In this document: piece after piece, positions 28,492 to 39,370 of the stretch
Layout of the letters: every line of letters begins with the position of its first letter
Position numbering within the stretch: the first letter of the stretch is position 1
Origin: a virus
IMG/VR virus record: IMGVR_UViG_3300025195_000002
Length of the DNA: 64,000 bases
Direction: 5' to 3' (one strand)
Program-made: the position numbers and the translations under genes
The notes under the pieces: generated by a model
Told to the model about the DNA's origin: nothing
The model's database searches: none
The model's input: only the letters and a program-made list of their open reading frames with translations

Positions 28492-29580
28492 TTAGTAAGA
28501 AATTGGTCTATCCACATAAGTTCTCCACTCAGTGTTTACAGTGTCAATTTGCTCCTGTAAACCCTTTGTTTCAGATTGTGGATCGCCAATAACAATATCC
28601 GTTAAGTCGGGGTTCTTACCCCACAACCAACCTGCTCGATATGTTTCTCCATTTTCACAAGTTGTCGTTATCCGTGTAACACAGATATGCATGTCGTCCC
28701 AGTTCGCACTATTGTCATCCAACTCCAGATACAGTGCGTTGCGGGTAGCGTCGAAGTATTTAAAGGCATACTTAAGTTTTTCGCCAGCCAGTTCGGTACC
28801 ATGCATGTTGACCAACACATTGTCCCCTTCAATCTCTTTATAAGAGAGGGAGTATCGGGCAACACCTTTTGAAGATATCAACTCAAATTCAATAACGTTA
28901 ATAGCGTTTTGCCCTATTGAACGATTAATCAGTAAACGTAGCGCGCCGACATAATCGCCCGGTACAAAAGATGCTTCATCTTGAGTAATGAGTTTAGAAT
29001 GACCAACGTCAGATGTCTTCTTAGCAAGCTGTTTGAGTATTTGTTCAACAAACGCTTCGTTAGATACATCAACAGCCTGCTTGACTTCACCAATAACTTC
29101 TACCAGTTCACTCAGTCCCACTAAGTCATAGCCGCTATGTTGGTGATCGGCAGGTGGGAAGACTTCTGGTTTATTCTTAATGTCATCCCAGTTAACCGTG
29201 AGGTCGGAGACTTCAAGTGTCGATAAGACTTCTTGAATAGCGGCTGCCTCAGAGGCATACCGCTCACCTACTGTCTGATAACTTAAGAGTAAAGTATCAG
29301 TGGTTAGGTTCTCATTAAGCAAAGCTACCGCAGTCACTACTTCATGACCTGTCTCCATCGTCGCTTCTTGATACAGGTAGACTAATTTATAGTCATCACC
29401 AGGCACTAAGGGATTACCACCCTGTGGCGTTAATGTAAAGCCCTGTGCATAAAACGGCGTGTGGGTAGGTACAATAATCTGGTTAGTCACTGTTGATAAG
29501 GTAACAATTTCACCCGAGATCGCGTTAGTCTGAGCGACAGCTGTCGGGTCAAACGGGTATTTTTGTAATTCAGGTAACAT
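28492..29580 (-). CDS. phiKZ-like baseplate/tail-fibre attachment virion protein
   Basis: YPFDPTAVAQTNAISGE...IIVPTHTPFY N-terminus and WDDIKNKPEVFPPADHQH; paralog of 30284..31405. Confidence 0.65.
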   Translation of the reverse strand: MLPELQKYPFDPTAVAQTNAISGEIVTLSTVTNQIIVPTHTPFYAQGFTLTPQGGNPLVPGDDYKLVYLYQEATMETGHEVVTAVALLNENLTTDTLLLSYQTVGERYASEAAAIQEVLSTLEVSDLTVNWDDIKNKPEVFPPADHQHSGYDLVGLSELVEVIGEVKQAVDVSNEAFVEQILKQLAKKTSDVGHSKLITQDEASFVPGDYVGALRLLINRSIGQNAINVIEFELISSKGVARYSLSYKEIEGDNVLVNMHGTELAGEKLKYAFKYFDATRNALYLELDDNSANWDDMHICVTRITTTCENGETYRAGWLWGKNPDLTDIVIGDPQSETKGLQEQIDTVNTEWRTYVDRPISY

Positions 29581-29601
29581 GACCTGCTCCTTAGTGAGAT
29601 T

Positions 29602-29633
29602 GCATAGGTGGGTAGGGATTTACCCTACCCACC
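29602..29633 (-). terminator. Hairpin + TATGC on the minus strand
   Basis: GCATA-GGTGGGTAGGG-ATTTA-CCCTACCCACC. Confidence 0.6.
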
Positions 29634-29653
29634 GATGTGTTTAAGATTAGTGA

Positions 29654-30238
29654 TTATACCGCACCGGCGATGACAATCCATTTTGATTCCGCTTTAATCC
29701 AACGCAACCAAACCCAACCGTAATCTGATGAAATGGTAAGAGGTTCATCAGAAGCCACATCTTCAATAGGACCATTGATATTAATCGCATAGTTAGAAGA
29801 ACGACCATATCTGTCTTTGACAATAATTTCTGAACCATCCAGAATGCTATCATCACTTGGTAAAGATCTGGTAACTGATTCAGCGGTCGTATCGGCTAAC
29901 CAAGTTGTCCATGGTGTTAACTCACCACTACTGGCCATGTCGTTGATCATCGTGCGAGCAATGCGACCTTCTTCATAGAGCACATTAAAAGCCTGTGCTT
30001 CAAGAACGGCCTGGTTAACACCATCTAAGGCTGATGTGGCATCGCTGGCTGCCATAATAGCAGCTTCAGTAAGGCTGTAGATGTCAGCTTTTTGAAGTTC
30101 TTGTAATGCTTTAGCATTATAGAACATATCTTCGGAAGTACGTGAACTTTCAGCTAATTTACTGAGTCGCGTATATTGACCTTCAACCAACTCTCTTACA
30201 GTTGGCGGGGTCTCGTTCGTAGTATCATTATCGGCCAT
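29654..30238 (-). CDS. Virion protein with T4 gp34-like fibre domain
   Basis: ADTTAESVTRSLP...DGSEIIVKDRYG...LTISSDYGWVWL resembles long-tail-fibre proximal repeats; start moved to ATG 30238. Confidence 0.45.
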   Translation of the reverse strand: MADNDTTNETPPTVRELVEGQYTRLSKLAESSRTSEDMFYNAKALQELQKADIYSLTEAAIMAASDATSALDGVNQAVLEAQAFNVLYEEGRIARTMINDMASSGELTPWTTWLADTTAESVTRSLPSDDSILDGSEIIVKDRYGRSSNYAININGPIEDVASDEPLTISSDYGWVWLRWIKAESKWIVIAGAV

Positions 30239-30283
30239 TAGAGGGCACCTCAAACAGAATTAGGAGTGAATAAGATGGTCGTT

Positions 30284-31405
30284 TTAAATGTGCTTAAATA
30301 GCCCGGGATAAAACGAGTTCAAACGTAGCATGGACAAACGACTTTCTATACGGTCCAAACCAACAATTTTTTCAACAATCGTTGCTTCACCAGTCACATC
30401 ATTGGCAAAATAGACGACATAGCCTTCGTTATAGATCTGTGGAACCGTAGTTCCAATGGTGATCGAACGAATAACTACATGATGATTTTTCCAATCGTCG
30501 CCTTTACCTAGATAGATAGTTGGATAGTTATCATTGTCGTAAGTAAAAAATGCATCTAAAACATGACGATAACCTTGATAGGTTGCCGTCGTATCTTCCC
30601 AACTACCACCAGCTACCGTCTGATATCGACTACCTACCAAACCTGATAGGTAGTAAATCGTGGGCTCTTCTTCACTTAATACAGCTACCTCAACCGTGAT
30701 GCGAAGAGGGTTATTAAGTTTAGGTAGGCGGATAGCGACTGACCCTACCTGGTTAGCAAAGCTATAACCGTTGGCAGGAGCGGGTTTGTGAGACCGATTA
30801 ACGACAGCCATTTGACTGATACGGTCTTCCAAACCTAAGATTTGGTCTATAGCGTGTGTGTGGTTAGCTTTATACTCACCACTTATCGCTGCCCGAATTT
30901 CCTGTAACGCCGAGATGACTTGATTCAGATCTGTCAGATCTTCACCATCGACAACGTGGGCTGAAGGAGGATAGAACTCAGGTTCTCCAATGACATCACT
31001 CATGTCTCGAGTATCAACGAACGCCGCCAAAGTACCAATAGCGGCAAGAAGCTCTCGGCCTTCTTGACTATGCGGCCCACCCATCACCTGATAGCTTTCA
31101 ATAGTAAAATTACCACTGAGTTCACGATCTAGTATTGTAAGGCTGCCAAACGCATCACCCCCTAGATTATCTTCAGGCTTGGTATATTGGTGAGTAAAGA
31201 TGTAATCCTTACCTACTACTAAAGGGTCAGCGCTATCCTCGTGGGTGAGTATGAATCCTTCTTTATAAAACGGTGATACATTGGGGATAATCAGGTGATA
31301 ATTGTCACCATTATCCGATGTAAGAACATGTTCTTCGTCCCGTCTTAAATTAGAAGCAGCCTGACCCGTCGGGTCGTAGTCGTAGAGATAGCTTGAATCT
31401 GACAT
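30284..31405 (-). CDS. phiKZ-like baseplate/tail-fibre attachment virion protein
   Basis: YDYDPTGQAASNLRRDEEHVLT...LIIPNVSPFY; FYPPSAH; paralog of 28492..29580. Confidence 0.65.
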   Translation of the reverse strand: MSDSSYLYDYDPTGQAASNLRRDEEHVLTSDNGDNYHLIIPNVSPFYKEGFILTHEDSADPLVVGKDYIFTHQYTKPEDNLGGDAFGSLTILDRELSGNFTIESYQVMGGPHSQEGRELLAAIGTLAAFVDTRDMSDVIGEPEFYPPSAHVVDGEDLTDLNQVISALQEIRAAISGEYKANHTHAIDQILGLEDRISQMAVVNRSHKPAPANGYSFANQVGSVAIRLPKLNNPLRITVEVAVLSEEEPTIYYLSGLVGSRYQTVAGGSWEDTTATYQGYRHVLDAFFTYDNDNYPTIYLGKGDDWKNHHVVIRSITIGTTVPQIYNEGYVVYFANDVTGEATIVEKIVGLDRIESRLSMLRLNSFYPGLFKHI

Positions 31406-31535
31406 TCTGACTGACTCCTTTGGTCATTATAGGTAAATAGAATTAATAAAAAACACAAGGTTCACATAATATTTAAGCCCCGTGTAGGTAAACTATGATT
31501 AAGCCTTAAAGATATCTATAAATAGGAGTCAGCTT

Positions 31536-32735
31536 GTGTATACCTTTATTAGTGCTTTAGTGCAACAGAAACGCACCTGGGATGCCGTTGATGTCTCTTC
31601 ACTAACTTTTTTTCAACTTTACCAAAATTATAAAAACGTCATTTTGATTGTGAACAATGGTAGTGTCGAAAAGGCGCTTGCTATTAAGGATCTCGATTAT
31701 AGTTATCGGTTTAAAAAGGTAACTATTGCTGACTGGCTACAGACCCTCACCGCTACATTACCTTGGCTAGATAGCGTTCCAACAATAGACTCTGCGCCAG
31801 GTGTTTTTTATACGGACGTATTTGATCATGACTTTACAGTAACGCGTTCAGACTACACCAAACACGTGACTAACCCAACAATAGGTCGACATGGTCCTGA
31901 TGCACTACTGACTCACGATAATATTGATTACATTCAATTATCTAAACATGCATTGTTTACGGTTAACGGGTATGTGCATCGAACTAGTGCTTCAAGTCGT
32001 GGACTTTATGTGTTACGGGCAGGAGAAACATTAGAACGCACAGATAGCAATCATTTAGGTATGGTTAATTTTTCTCAACTTGGTGAAATTGAAACCCATA
32101 GCATCCCTGAGAGTGCTGTTAAGATTGACACTCGAATCCCCGCCCATGAACAAGTATTAGTCACACTTCCAGGTGTTGACTTTAGTAATAAAACTGTCTT
32201 GTTATGCATTGGCGGTTATCTATGCATACTAGATGACACCTATCGGGTGATGGGTAATAATACCATCCAGATTAAATTTAGAGAATACCCTCTAATTAGA
32301 CGGGTGTTATTATCACGTGAAGATATCCAACTTGACGATCTTATTAACCCTATCGGTAACATCCAGGTTAAAGACATTCAAAGTGGATCATTTATTAGAC
32401 GTTATCTAAGTCACCCGTTTAGCTTTGTTATCACTATCGATAACGATAACATCAGTGAGCGAATTGAACGACTACAAGCAACAGGGTTACCTGGCTCTTT
32501 CAGATCTAAAGCTATACCTCAAGGTATTCTTTTTGATAACGAAGGTTTGATTTCAGAATATACGTTACATGGAACTGACGATGATTATTTGGTTCTAGCA
32601 CGCGTTAAGGAAGAAAAGCAGTTGATGTTAGATACTGTTATGGATCTACCCATTGCAATGACACCAACTCGCTTCCCAACATCCAAGCGGAATCGTCGAG
32701 CACCGTGGCTTCATTCTCTATTTAGTGTGATCTAA
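31536..32735 (+). CDS. Conserved phiKZ-like virion structural protein
   Basis: 399 aa; LFTVNGYVH and VLLCIGGYL motifs; lies between the fibre genes and the SbcC-like gene. Confidence 0.5.
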   Translation: MYTFISALVQQKRTWDAVDVSSLTFFQLYQNYKNVILIVNNGSVEKALAIKDLDYSYRFKKVTIADWLQTLTATLPWLDSVPTIDSAPGVFYTDVFDHDFTVTRSDYTKHVTNPTIGRHGPDALLTHDNIDYIQLSKHALFTVNGYVHRTSASSRGLYVLRAGETLERTDSNHLGMVNFSQLGEIETHSIPESAVKIDTRIPAHEQVLVTLPGVDFSNKTVLLCIGGYLCILDDTYRVMGNNTIQIKFREYPLIRRVLLSREDIQLDDLINPIGNIQVKDIQSGSFIRRYLSHPFSFVITIDNDNISERIERLQATGLPGSFRSKAIPQGILFDNEGLISEYTLHGTDDDYLVLARVKEEKQLMLDTVMDLPIAMTPTRFPTSKRNRRAPWLHSLFSVI

Positions 32736-32789
32736 CGGCATAAGCTAACCACCTAGCCGTGAGGCCGGGTGGTTAGGCTTTTATGCCGT
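32736..32789. terminator. Bidirectional hairpin flanked by CGGCATA/TATGCCG
   Basis: Between convergent genes; the 30-bp core is identical to 49521-49550. Confidence 0.75.
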
Positions 32790-35252
32790 AAAAGTAACAT
32801 GGTCATTATAAATAGATGGTAGCGTCACATTTTGATCATCTAACACACAAACTTCCGCATTAGTAAATCCACCACTGAAACTAGCAAAGTGATTAACTAA
32901 AAATAATTGAGAAGCTTGGCCTGATTCAATCAATAACTTTATATACCCCATTAAACGATCTCGGTGTATAGTATCGAAGGTACGACCTGTTTCATCTAAT
33001 AACATCGGGTATTCATGTAGATCCATGAAATGCATGACTGTCACCATAAAGGCAAAGTCTATCATTTCCATCTGACCTTCTGAACCCAACCCTATATCAG
33101 AAATCTGGCGATCTTCATCTCCTACAACAAACGGAAATTTATAATCAAGAGTACCAGATTGATTTGCACAGGGTTGGACTTCAAGTCGATGACCCCACAC
33201 TTTACCAATGATGGAATTCATCTGATCTAACATACATTTAATAAAACCTGTCATTTGATCAGCGATGATGCCTGTTGAAGGCGAGAGCATGTGTTGTAAG
33301 TCTTGCCAACCCTGTGTCTCTTCCTCCAATTGCTTCTGAGACTGCCTGAGCTCCTCTATCATCTGTTCTAACGTGACTTTCTGACCTAGGGTATTAGTAA
33401 GTGATGAAAGTGTCTGCTGGCGCTCCCTGAGAACATCTCCAATGATACTCTGTCTGTGAGACTCTACTAACTCATCTCTTAACTGCTCCAGTTCAACTAA
33501 CGCGCCGCATACTACTTGTTGCTCTTTAAAGAACTGAGTAAAGATAGCTTTTCCTTCTTTAAGTCTATTAATTTCCTGACTCAAAGGCTGCATGGCTTTA
33601 ATAACGTCATCTATTCGCCGCTCAAGGTCTGAGATGCGCTTTTCTACCTCAAGACTATCTAACCCCTTGCTCTCTCGACATTTTTCAATAGAGGCGTCGA
33701 TGAGCGCTAATTCCGACATCACCTTTTGCTTCTTAGATAAACTAATAACATAGTCTTTAAAACTGTCATAGGTCTTCATGATTAGTAAAGGTGTTGTGTC
33801 GTAATGCTTCTGCCGTTTAACACGTTGCCATAGCATATTTAATCTGGGAAAAGTTTCCATGATTACGTTAAGGCGGTTAAGTGTTCTGATGTAGTTTTGA
33901 TAATCTTCAATACGGGTTGTGTAATTACTGTGTTCTCTATCTTTACTCTCCAATAAAGTACTTAGCGTTTCACACTGTATTTTAGACTCCTCAAGTTCTC
34001 TATCAGACACACCAGGTCGCCATATATAGCCGCACTGAGGACACTCTAATTCTCTAGCCTGCTCCATATGAGTAACACGATGTTGTAGACTGTCGAGTTT
34101 ACGTTTAATACTTAATCTCTCTTTGTCTAAACCCTTCAAGTACTCTACTGCTTCTAAGTAAGCCGCTTTGTCGTATTCAGGCTTTAGTTGAGATGGGGTT
34201 TCTACACACCAGTCTCTCAGTGGAACGAATGAGCTGTTAACATCCTTTAATAAAAGTTCTCCGTCATCATTTAACCCTTCCCAGTCATTACTAAATTCAA
34301 TACTGGATTGTTTATCTTCTAACACTTTACGCTTCTCCATTAACTCCTCTAGGCTACTTGCCCCTAGATTAGTCATCTGGTTTAACATGTTTTGCAGATC
34401 GGTTAATGTTTCCGTATAGCTATCTCTTTTAGATGATAATACAGCTTGTTCGGTCTGAAGTTTAACAACACGTTCATCAAAATCTAATTCAGTCTTAAAC
34501 CCTTGGGTAAACCATTGCGTTAGGTTAGTGTTAAGGACTCGTTTAGATAACTTCAATACAACATCACGCTTTTGACTTATACGCTGTTTCACCTCAATGG
34601 GTGTTACTATAGACGTTTGTTTCTCTGTCAATAACGCCTCAATATCTCGATGACACTCATCTACTCTTTCTTGTAGATTAGTGGCTGCTTCAAGAGAAAC
34701 AAGCCGGGCTTGTTGTTGTGCAATCTTCTCTTTGGTGTGTTTAAGCGCGCCCTGGTTGTCACGGGCTGCTACTTTAACAGCATCAAATAGCTTATAGGCA
34801 AAGCCCATATCAGTGGTACTTAATTTAGATATCCACTCCCGGCGTTTGATAGGAGCCATCTGGGTGAAACGCATCTTACCTGTTAATATCGTGTGCAGTG
34901 AGGTAGTATATCCTAGTTCTTGTTCAACAAGATCCTTTTGAACCAACCCCGTCCCTCCAGGATTTAACTCTACACCGTTTCTAATAAAAGAATGTTTAGC
35001 ACCCCGGCTAACGTCGGACCGTAATATAAACTCATCGCCTTTAAACGAAACATGGAGTTCTTTAAACCCACCTTTAGTAAAATCTTGTGGATTAGCAGGC
35101 AGTGGCGTAAGTTCACTTAATAGACTTGACTTGCCTGACCCGTTAGTCCCTAATATCAACTGCATTGGGGTAGAAAAATCAATAGAGATATAAGGTACCT
35201 CACTCAGCGCGAAACGTTTATATTGACTGAGTATTAATTTTCTTATCTTCAT
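32781..35252 (-). CDS. sbcC: SbcC/Rad50-like SMC ATPase (phiKZ gp165-like)
   Basis: Walker A GTNGSGKSS, long coiled coil with central CPQC zinc hook, GSEGQ signature, Walker B LLDE, H-loop. Confidence 0.9.
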   Translation of the reverse strand: MKIRKLILSQYKRFALSEVPYISIDFSTPMQLILGTNGSGKSSLLSELTPLPANPQDFTKGGFKELHVSFKGDEFILRSDVSRGAKHSFIRNGVELNPGGTGLVQKDLVEQELGYTTSLHTILTGKMRFTQMAPIKRREWISKLSTTDMGFAYKLFDAVKVAARDNQGALKHTKEKIAQQQARLVSLEAATNLQERVDECHRDIEALLTEKQTSIVTPIEVKQRISQKRDVVLKLSKRVLNTNLTQWFTQGFKTELDFDERVVKLQTEQAVLSSKRDSYTETLTDLQNMLNQMTNLGASSLEELMEKRKVLEDKQSSIEFSNDWEGLNDDGELLLKDVNSSFVPLRDWCVETPSQLKPEYDKAAYLEAVEYLKGLDKERLSIKRKLDSLQHRVTHMEQARELECPQCGYIWRPGVSDRELEESKIQCETLSTLLESKDREHSNYTTRIEDYQNYIRTLNRLNVIMETFPRLNMLWQRVKRQKHYDTTPLLIMKTYDSFKDYVISLSKKQKVMSELALIDASIEKCRESKGLDSLEVEKRISDLERRIDDVIKAMQPLSQEINRLKEGKAIFTQFFKEQQVVCGALVELEQLRDELVESHRQSIIGDVLRERQQTLSSLTNTLGQKVTLEQMIEELRQSQKQLEEETQGWQDLQHMLSPSTGIIADQMTGFIKCMLDQMNSIIGKVWGHRLEVQPCANQSGTLDYKFPFVVGDEDRQISDIGLGSEGQMEMIDFAFMVTVMHFMDLHEYPMLLDETGRTFDTIHRDRLMGYIKLLIESGQASQLFLVNHFASFSGGFTNAEVCVLDDQNVTLPSIYNDHVTFTA

Positions 35253-35767
35253 TACGATATTTTTCCAGATAGAATTTCATTCTCGTACATTTCGTAGAGA
35301 AAATCATAGTTAACCTTCGCAACAGGACAAGCATCATCAGGATGGAAGACGACTTGTGTTTTACCGATTTGTATTTTATCTTCAGGAATAGAATAACAAA
35401 CAAAAGAAAATCCAGCCATCTCTAGTTCGCGAGAGATGGTAAGATTAGGAAACCAACACAACAAGTCTTTTAATTCAAAACCGACTAAAAGACCGGCATT
35501 CATTGTTAATCCTTCCTCTCCTGGTTCAGGCATCATAGGCAGGTTATCTTTATAGCGATCAGTAATAGCAGTTAAGCTATCGTCATGGACTGCTGCGGTC
35601 CATGGTCCAAAAGCACCCCACTCCATAAATCTCTCGCAACGAATAAACATGATTCGATTATTTGCTTTTTTTAAGGCATCTTTAGCTGTTGTATTAGTTA
35701 GTGTTGGCTTCATTTTCATTCGTTGTCTTTCAATAAATCTATTATGTATAATACCCATTATAATCAT
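35252..35767 (-). CDS. Hypothetical phage protein
   Basis: 171-aa ORF coupled to the SbcC-like gene. Confidence 0.6.
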   Translation of the reverse strand: MIIMGIIHNRFIERQRMKMKPTLTNTTAKDALKKANNRIMFIRCERFMEWGAFGPWTAAVHDDSLTAITDRYKDNLPMMPEPGEEGLTMNAGLLVGFELKDLLCWFPNLTISRELEMAGFSFVCYSIPEDKIQIGKTQVVFHPDDACPVAKVNYDFLYEMYENEILSGKIS

Positions 35768-35868
35768 CCCTTTAGATTCAAATAATGTCTAGAGGGTGTT
35801 TAAACCAACAGTCTACATTTACTACTGTTGGGTTAATCCTGTGACAAGAGACTTTAACGAGGTAACTG

Positions 35869-36879
35869 ATGACCTTACAGACAAAACTACGTGTAATCTC
35901 TATCGGCATCGTTGCTGAGAATAAAGAACGCGGCGTACCGGAAGTATACGTTACTCCCATTGAAATACTTCCTTTTCAAATTGGCGATGTGGAAGAGGAT
36001 AATCGAACTTATTATAGTAAAGGGCTAGATGGATTTGGTAGACAATGGTCAGCTCAGGTCGATGTTGACAAAACCCTCAAGGCCACCTGGTTAAGTTTAG
36101 AAACTAATCGTGAAACACCACCAGACCTGATGCGTGGTGAGCAGGTATTGATTTGGCAATATGCTGACACTGATAAATACTTTTACACCAGTATGGGTCG
36201 CGATGATGTTTTACGACGTTTAGAGACCGTGATATATCGGTGGTCTAATGTACCTGAACCTACTGAAGATGTTGAAAATTTGACCGATGAAAATAGTTAC
36301 AGATTAACTATATCGACTCACGATCAATTGATTGAGTTAGTGACTAATAAGTATAATGAAGAACCCTACGCATACCGCTTTAGTCTTAATACAAAAGACG
36401 GTATTTTTACTATTACAGACGATGTTGAGAATTATGTTTTCTTAGACAGTGCTAACACCCACATTAAAGCACATAACAAAGATAAGTCGATGTTTGAATT
36501 AAATAAAAAGAACATCAACGCTTATGCAGTAGAAAACATATCCTTGGTAGCTGATCAAGACATTAGCTTTAAAGCGGGTCGACACATGACCATTGACGTT
36601 GGTCAGAATATGACTACGACAGTAGGTGGTAATGAAACTATTACTGTAAAGGGCAGTATCAGTATTAAGTCAGATGGTAATCTAACAGTCAATAACCCAT
36701 CAACTAAGTTTACTACTCCTAGTGCAGAGTTTACCGGCAATGTGACTATAGGTGGTAACCTTGGCGTTAAAGGTGGTATTACTGGCGATGGTCAAATTAA
36801 GGGTAAGGCGGGTGACTTTAAAGATCTTAAGGTCGCTAGTCCAATTCAAGGTAAGACATCCTTCGCACCAGATGGTTAA
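35869..36879 (+). CDS. Baseplate central spike (gpV/gp5-like)
   Basis: N-terminal OB-like region (GEQVLIWQYAD) and C-terminal beta-helix repeats (MTIDVGQNMTTTVGGNETITVKG...VTIGGNLGVKGGITG). Confidence 0.75.
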   Translation: MTLQTKLRVISIGIVAENKERGVPEVYVTPIEILPFQIGDVEEDNRTYYSKGLDGFGRQWSAQVDVDKTLKATWLSLETNRETPPDLMRGEQVLIWQYADTDKYFYTSMGRDDVLRRLETVIYRWSNVPEPTEDVENLTDENSYRLTISTHDQLIELVTNKYNEEPYAYRFSLNTKDGIFTITDDVENYVFLDSANTHIKAHNKDKSMFELNKKNINAYAVENISLVADQDISFKAGRHMTIDVGQNMTTTVGGNETITVKGSISIKSDGNLTVNNPSTKFTTPSAEFTGNVTIGGNLGVKGGITGDGQIKGKAGDFKDLKVASPIQGKTSFAPDG

Positions 36880-36928
36880 CGGCATAACCTACCTCTACCC
36901 TATTAAGGTAGAGGTAGGTTTTTATGCG
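36880..36928. terminator. Bidirectional hairpin flanked by CGGCATA/TATGCG
   Basis: 13-bp perfect stem ACCTACCTCTACC/GGTAGAGGTAGGT between convergent genes. Confidence 0.75.
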
Positions 36929-37548
36929 TCACTTTGATCTAACCTTTCCTGCTGGGCAACGACAATTGCTTCTAGTGCCAGCGCCCTGTCACGATACTCA
37001 TTAGCTTTTCTTTCTGCGTCAATACGACGTTGTCGCTCAGTACCACCATTGGCTTTATTTAGAGCACGTTGCTCTTCCAAAGCAATATGTTGATCCATGC
37101 TAACAGCGCCTGTTGTCGAAGCTGAAAATTCCGAAACAGATGGGTTGACACCTGTAGTCTCCAGTACTGTTGTTTTTACTGCTGCAATTAAATCTGCTAG
37201 CGGCATCGTCGTAGGGAGATTACCTAAATCAACAGAAATTATACGGCGTGTATAATCTACTGTGTTAATATTAGGTGTTCCTCTAATATAATCACTGGGG
37301 ACAACAATTTCCGCTGCTGTTGAAGAGGATAACGTAATAATTAATACATTATCCTCTAAAGCTTGCTCGTAGTCATCACTTGTTAAACCATTGGATAGAT
37401 AAATATCCTGTTGAACATCTACACCTTGGATTAAAAGAGAATTGATAGTAGACACGCGGCTGACGGTGTATTCAATTGTAGCTGCTGCAGAAAACGGCGG
37501 GGCTAGATTAAATAAACCCTTATCGTTAACCTTGACCAGTGTCGACAT
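36922..37548 (-). CDS. Conserved phiKZ-like hypothetical/virion protein
   Basis: Start moved to ATG 37548 (GGAG RBS); C-terminal coiled coil. Confidence 0.55.
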   Translation of the reverse strand: MSTLVKVNDKGLFNLAPPFSAAATIEYTVSRVSTINSLLIQGVDVQQDIYLSNGLTSDDYEQALEDNVLIITLSSSTAAEIVVPSDYIRGTPNINTVDYTRRIISVDLGNLPTTMPLADLIAAVKTTVLETTGVNPSVSEFSASTTGAVSMDQHIALEEQRALNKANGGTERQRRIDAERKANEYRDRALALEAIVVAQQERLDQSDA

Positions 37549-38842
37549 TATAATACTCCTTAAAACTCTGCTTTTGAACAACAAGGTAATTAACATCTTG
37601 ATACGTTGAAATCAAGAAGTCTACCCCGTCGCGGGTGATGCGCGAGATGTCATCATCAAGCTGAGTAAACTCAGTAACCGACTCAGCAGCTCTTAACATT
37701 CTATGAAAGAGGATCATCCAGTCTTGCGTGACAGGTGAGAGACGGTTAAAATCTGTTTCTTGTGATGATAAGGCTGTATAGTCTGGGAATTTCTCACTGA
37801 AGTTAAAAATTCCATCACTATTACCTATCTCACCGATAGCTGTAAAGGCCAGTGTTTTATATGCCGCATGACTAATTTCAATATTAGCATCGATGTGTTC
37901 CGCCGGGTAGTTAACCATTGCTGGTCGAGATGCTATCATAGCATCTTGATAGTTAACAGAAGGCGAGTAGGTACCTGCTAAGCCTGTCTGCTCTTCAATT
38001 GCCACACGGTGCCACATTGGAACAATAATAAACTCTGTTGGTCTAAACAACGTTGGAAATACGTCATACCACTCAACTGAATCATAATCGCTATTTTCTA
38101 AAATAGATTTAGCGATAGCGTCCGCGATAGCATCGGGATTATTCCCTGCGATACCGTATTGGACGACGTACCACGTTAAGGTATAAGTCTCATTAGAGTG
38201 TTTATCATTCCACGTAACTTCATATGGCGTCAGTGCTGTGTATGGCGCGTCTCCCGATATATCGTTAGCTAACCCTAGCATTCTGATATGGTCAGTTGCC
38301 AGTATATCTGATATCTCAGTATAGGGGCGATGAAGGTCATTTAACACATCAACGGGTGAAATGGGTATTAGTGTAAACTCATCAAACTGACGTAAGAAGG
38401 TGGCGTTTGAAAACCACAGCGTATAGGTAGTATCGCCTGACGTCCAGCTGATGTAACTTGGGTAATAAAACCCATCCGTTGAGGAAACCATTGCACCTGA
38501 TACAAATGCACCAGACACTAAGGCAGGGTAATCAACCGCAATGAACTCTAACAGAACATTGTTGTTGGATGTTAATTCGCCGTTTCGGGCGCGTTGATCT
38601 ATATAATCAACAAGATTAAGAAGAACGTTACCTTCTTCAATTGAAAGTGCTTTAGTCTCACCGTTATCATCTAACGTAGAAGCTAACGCTATACGTAGGT
38701 TAGGGTACGTTGAAGAACTGTATTCACGATTGTCAGGTGAATAGGAACGGGCGTGGGAAGACATCTCACCAACGGGGGAGAGGGTGTTTTTATCATTGTT
38801 TATCAAATCATTGATAATGACAAACCCTTTTACTGTACTCAT
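37526..38842 (-). CDS. Conserved phiKZ-like virion structural protein
   Basis: 438 aa; KGF...N...VGEMS...SY N-terminus and EFIIVPMWH motif recalled from phiKZ-like virion proteins. Confidence 0.55.
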   Translation of the reverse strand: MSTVKGFVIINDLINNDKNTLSPVGEMSSHARSYSPDNREYSSSTYPNLRIALASTLDDNGETKALSIEEGNVLLNLVDYIDQRARNGELTSNNNVLLEFIAVDYPALVSGAFVSGAMVSSTDGFYYPSYISWTSGDTTYTLWFSNATFLRQFDEFTLIPISPVDVLNDLHRPYTEISDILATDHIRMLGLANDISGDAPYTALTPYEVTWNDKHSNETYTLTWYVVQYGIAGNNPDAIADAIAKSILENSDYDSVEWYDVFPTLFRPTEFIIVPMWHRVAIEEQTGLAGTYSPSVNYQDAMIASRPAMVNYPAEHIDANIEISHAAYKTLAFTAIGEIGNSDGIFNFSEKFPDYTALSSQETDFNRLSPVTQDWMILFHRMLRAAESVTEFTQLDDDISRITRDGVDFLISTYQDVNYLVVQKQSFKEYYNVDTGQG

Positions 38843-38896
38843 TATAAACTGACTCCAATCTAATCGTCTTTATTCATTAAGGTAGGGAGCAACACA

Positions 38897-39370
38897 TTGA
38901 CACTATTCATTGCTTTTCTTAAAGCCCTGCCCCAATTTCTACCGTTTCTACTCACATTATTAAAGGGGGAGAAGGCTAACATGTCTGGACATAAAGATCC
39001 CTCTAAGGGACGCGTTCTACTTTTATTACTGGTTGTATCATTAGTTGGTACCGGTATTCTTTACTTCGATGCTCGCTCTATTGAGTTAGAACTTGAGAGT
39101 AAAGTAAAAGAAATTAAGACATTGACTAAAAAGGTAGAAACGCTTGACAGCGATATTGCATTGATGAAAAGAGATGGCGTGCCAACCCCAGCTCAGCTTG
39201 CTAAAATGCAAGAACAGACAACGCTGATTTTTGAACTTAAAGCTCAAATCTCACATTTAGATAACCAATTAGAGCAATGTATGGCACGTGATGATATCCA
39301 TAACACACCGCCCCCAGCAAAACCTAACAGTAGCCTACTGGATAGGTTAAATAAGATAGGGAAGAATTAA
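38897..39370 (+). CDS. TM-anchored coiled-coil protein (i-spanin-like)
   Basis: VLLLLLVVSLVGTGILYF TM helix, coiled coil, one Cys, Pro-rich tail; alternative start at 38981. Confidence 0.5.
   Translation: MTLFIAFLKALPQFLPFLLTLLKGEKANMSGHKDPSKGRVLLLLLVVSLVGTGILYFDARSIELELESKVKEIKTLTKKVETLDSDIALMKRDGVPTPAQLAKMQEQTTLIFELKAQISHLDNQLEQCMARDDIHNTPPPAKPNSSLLDRLNKIGKN

Noticed and set aside
13362-31405. Invertase-driven tail-fibre shufflon
   Set aside because: All fibre genes are co-oriented with their own starts; no recombinase and no inverted crossover sites seen.
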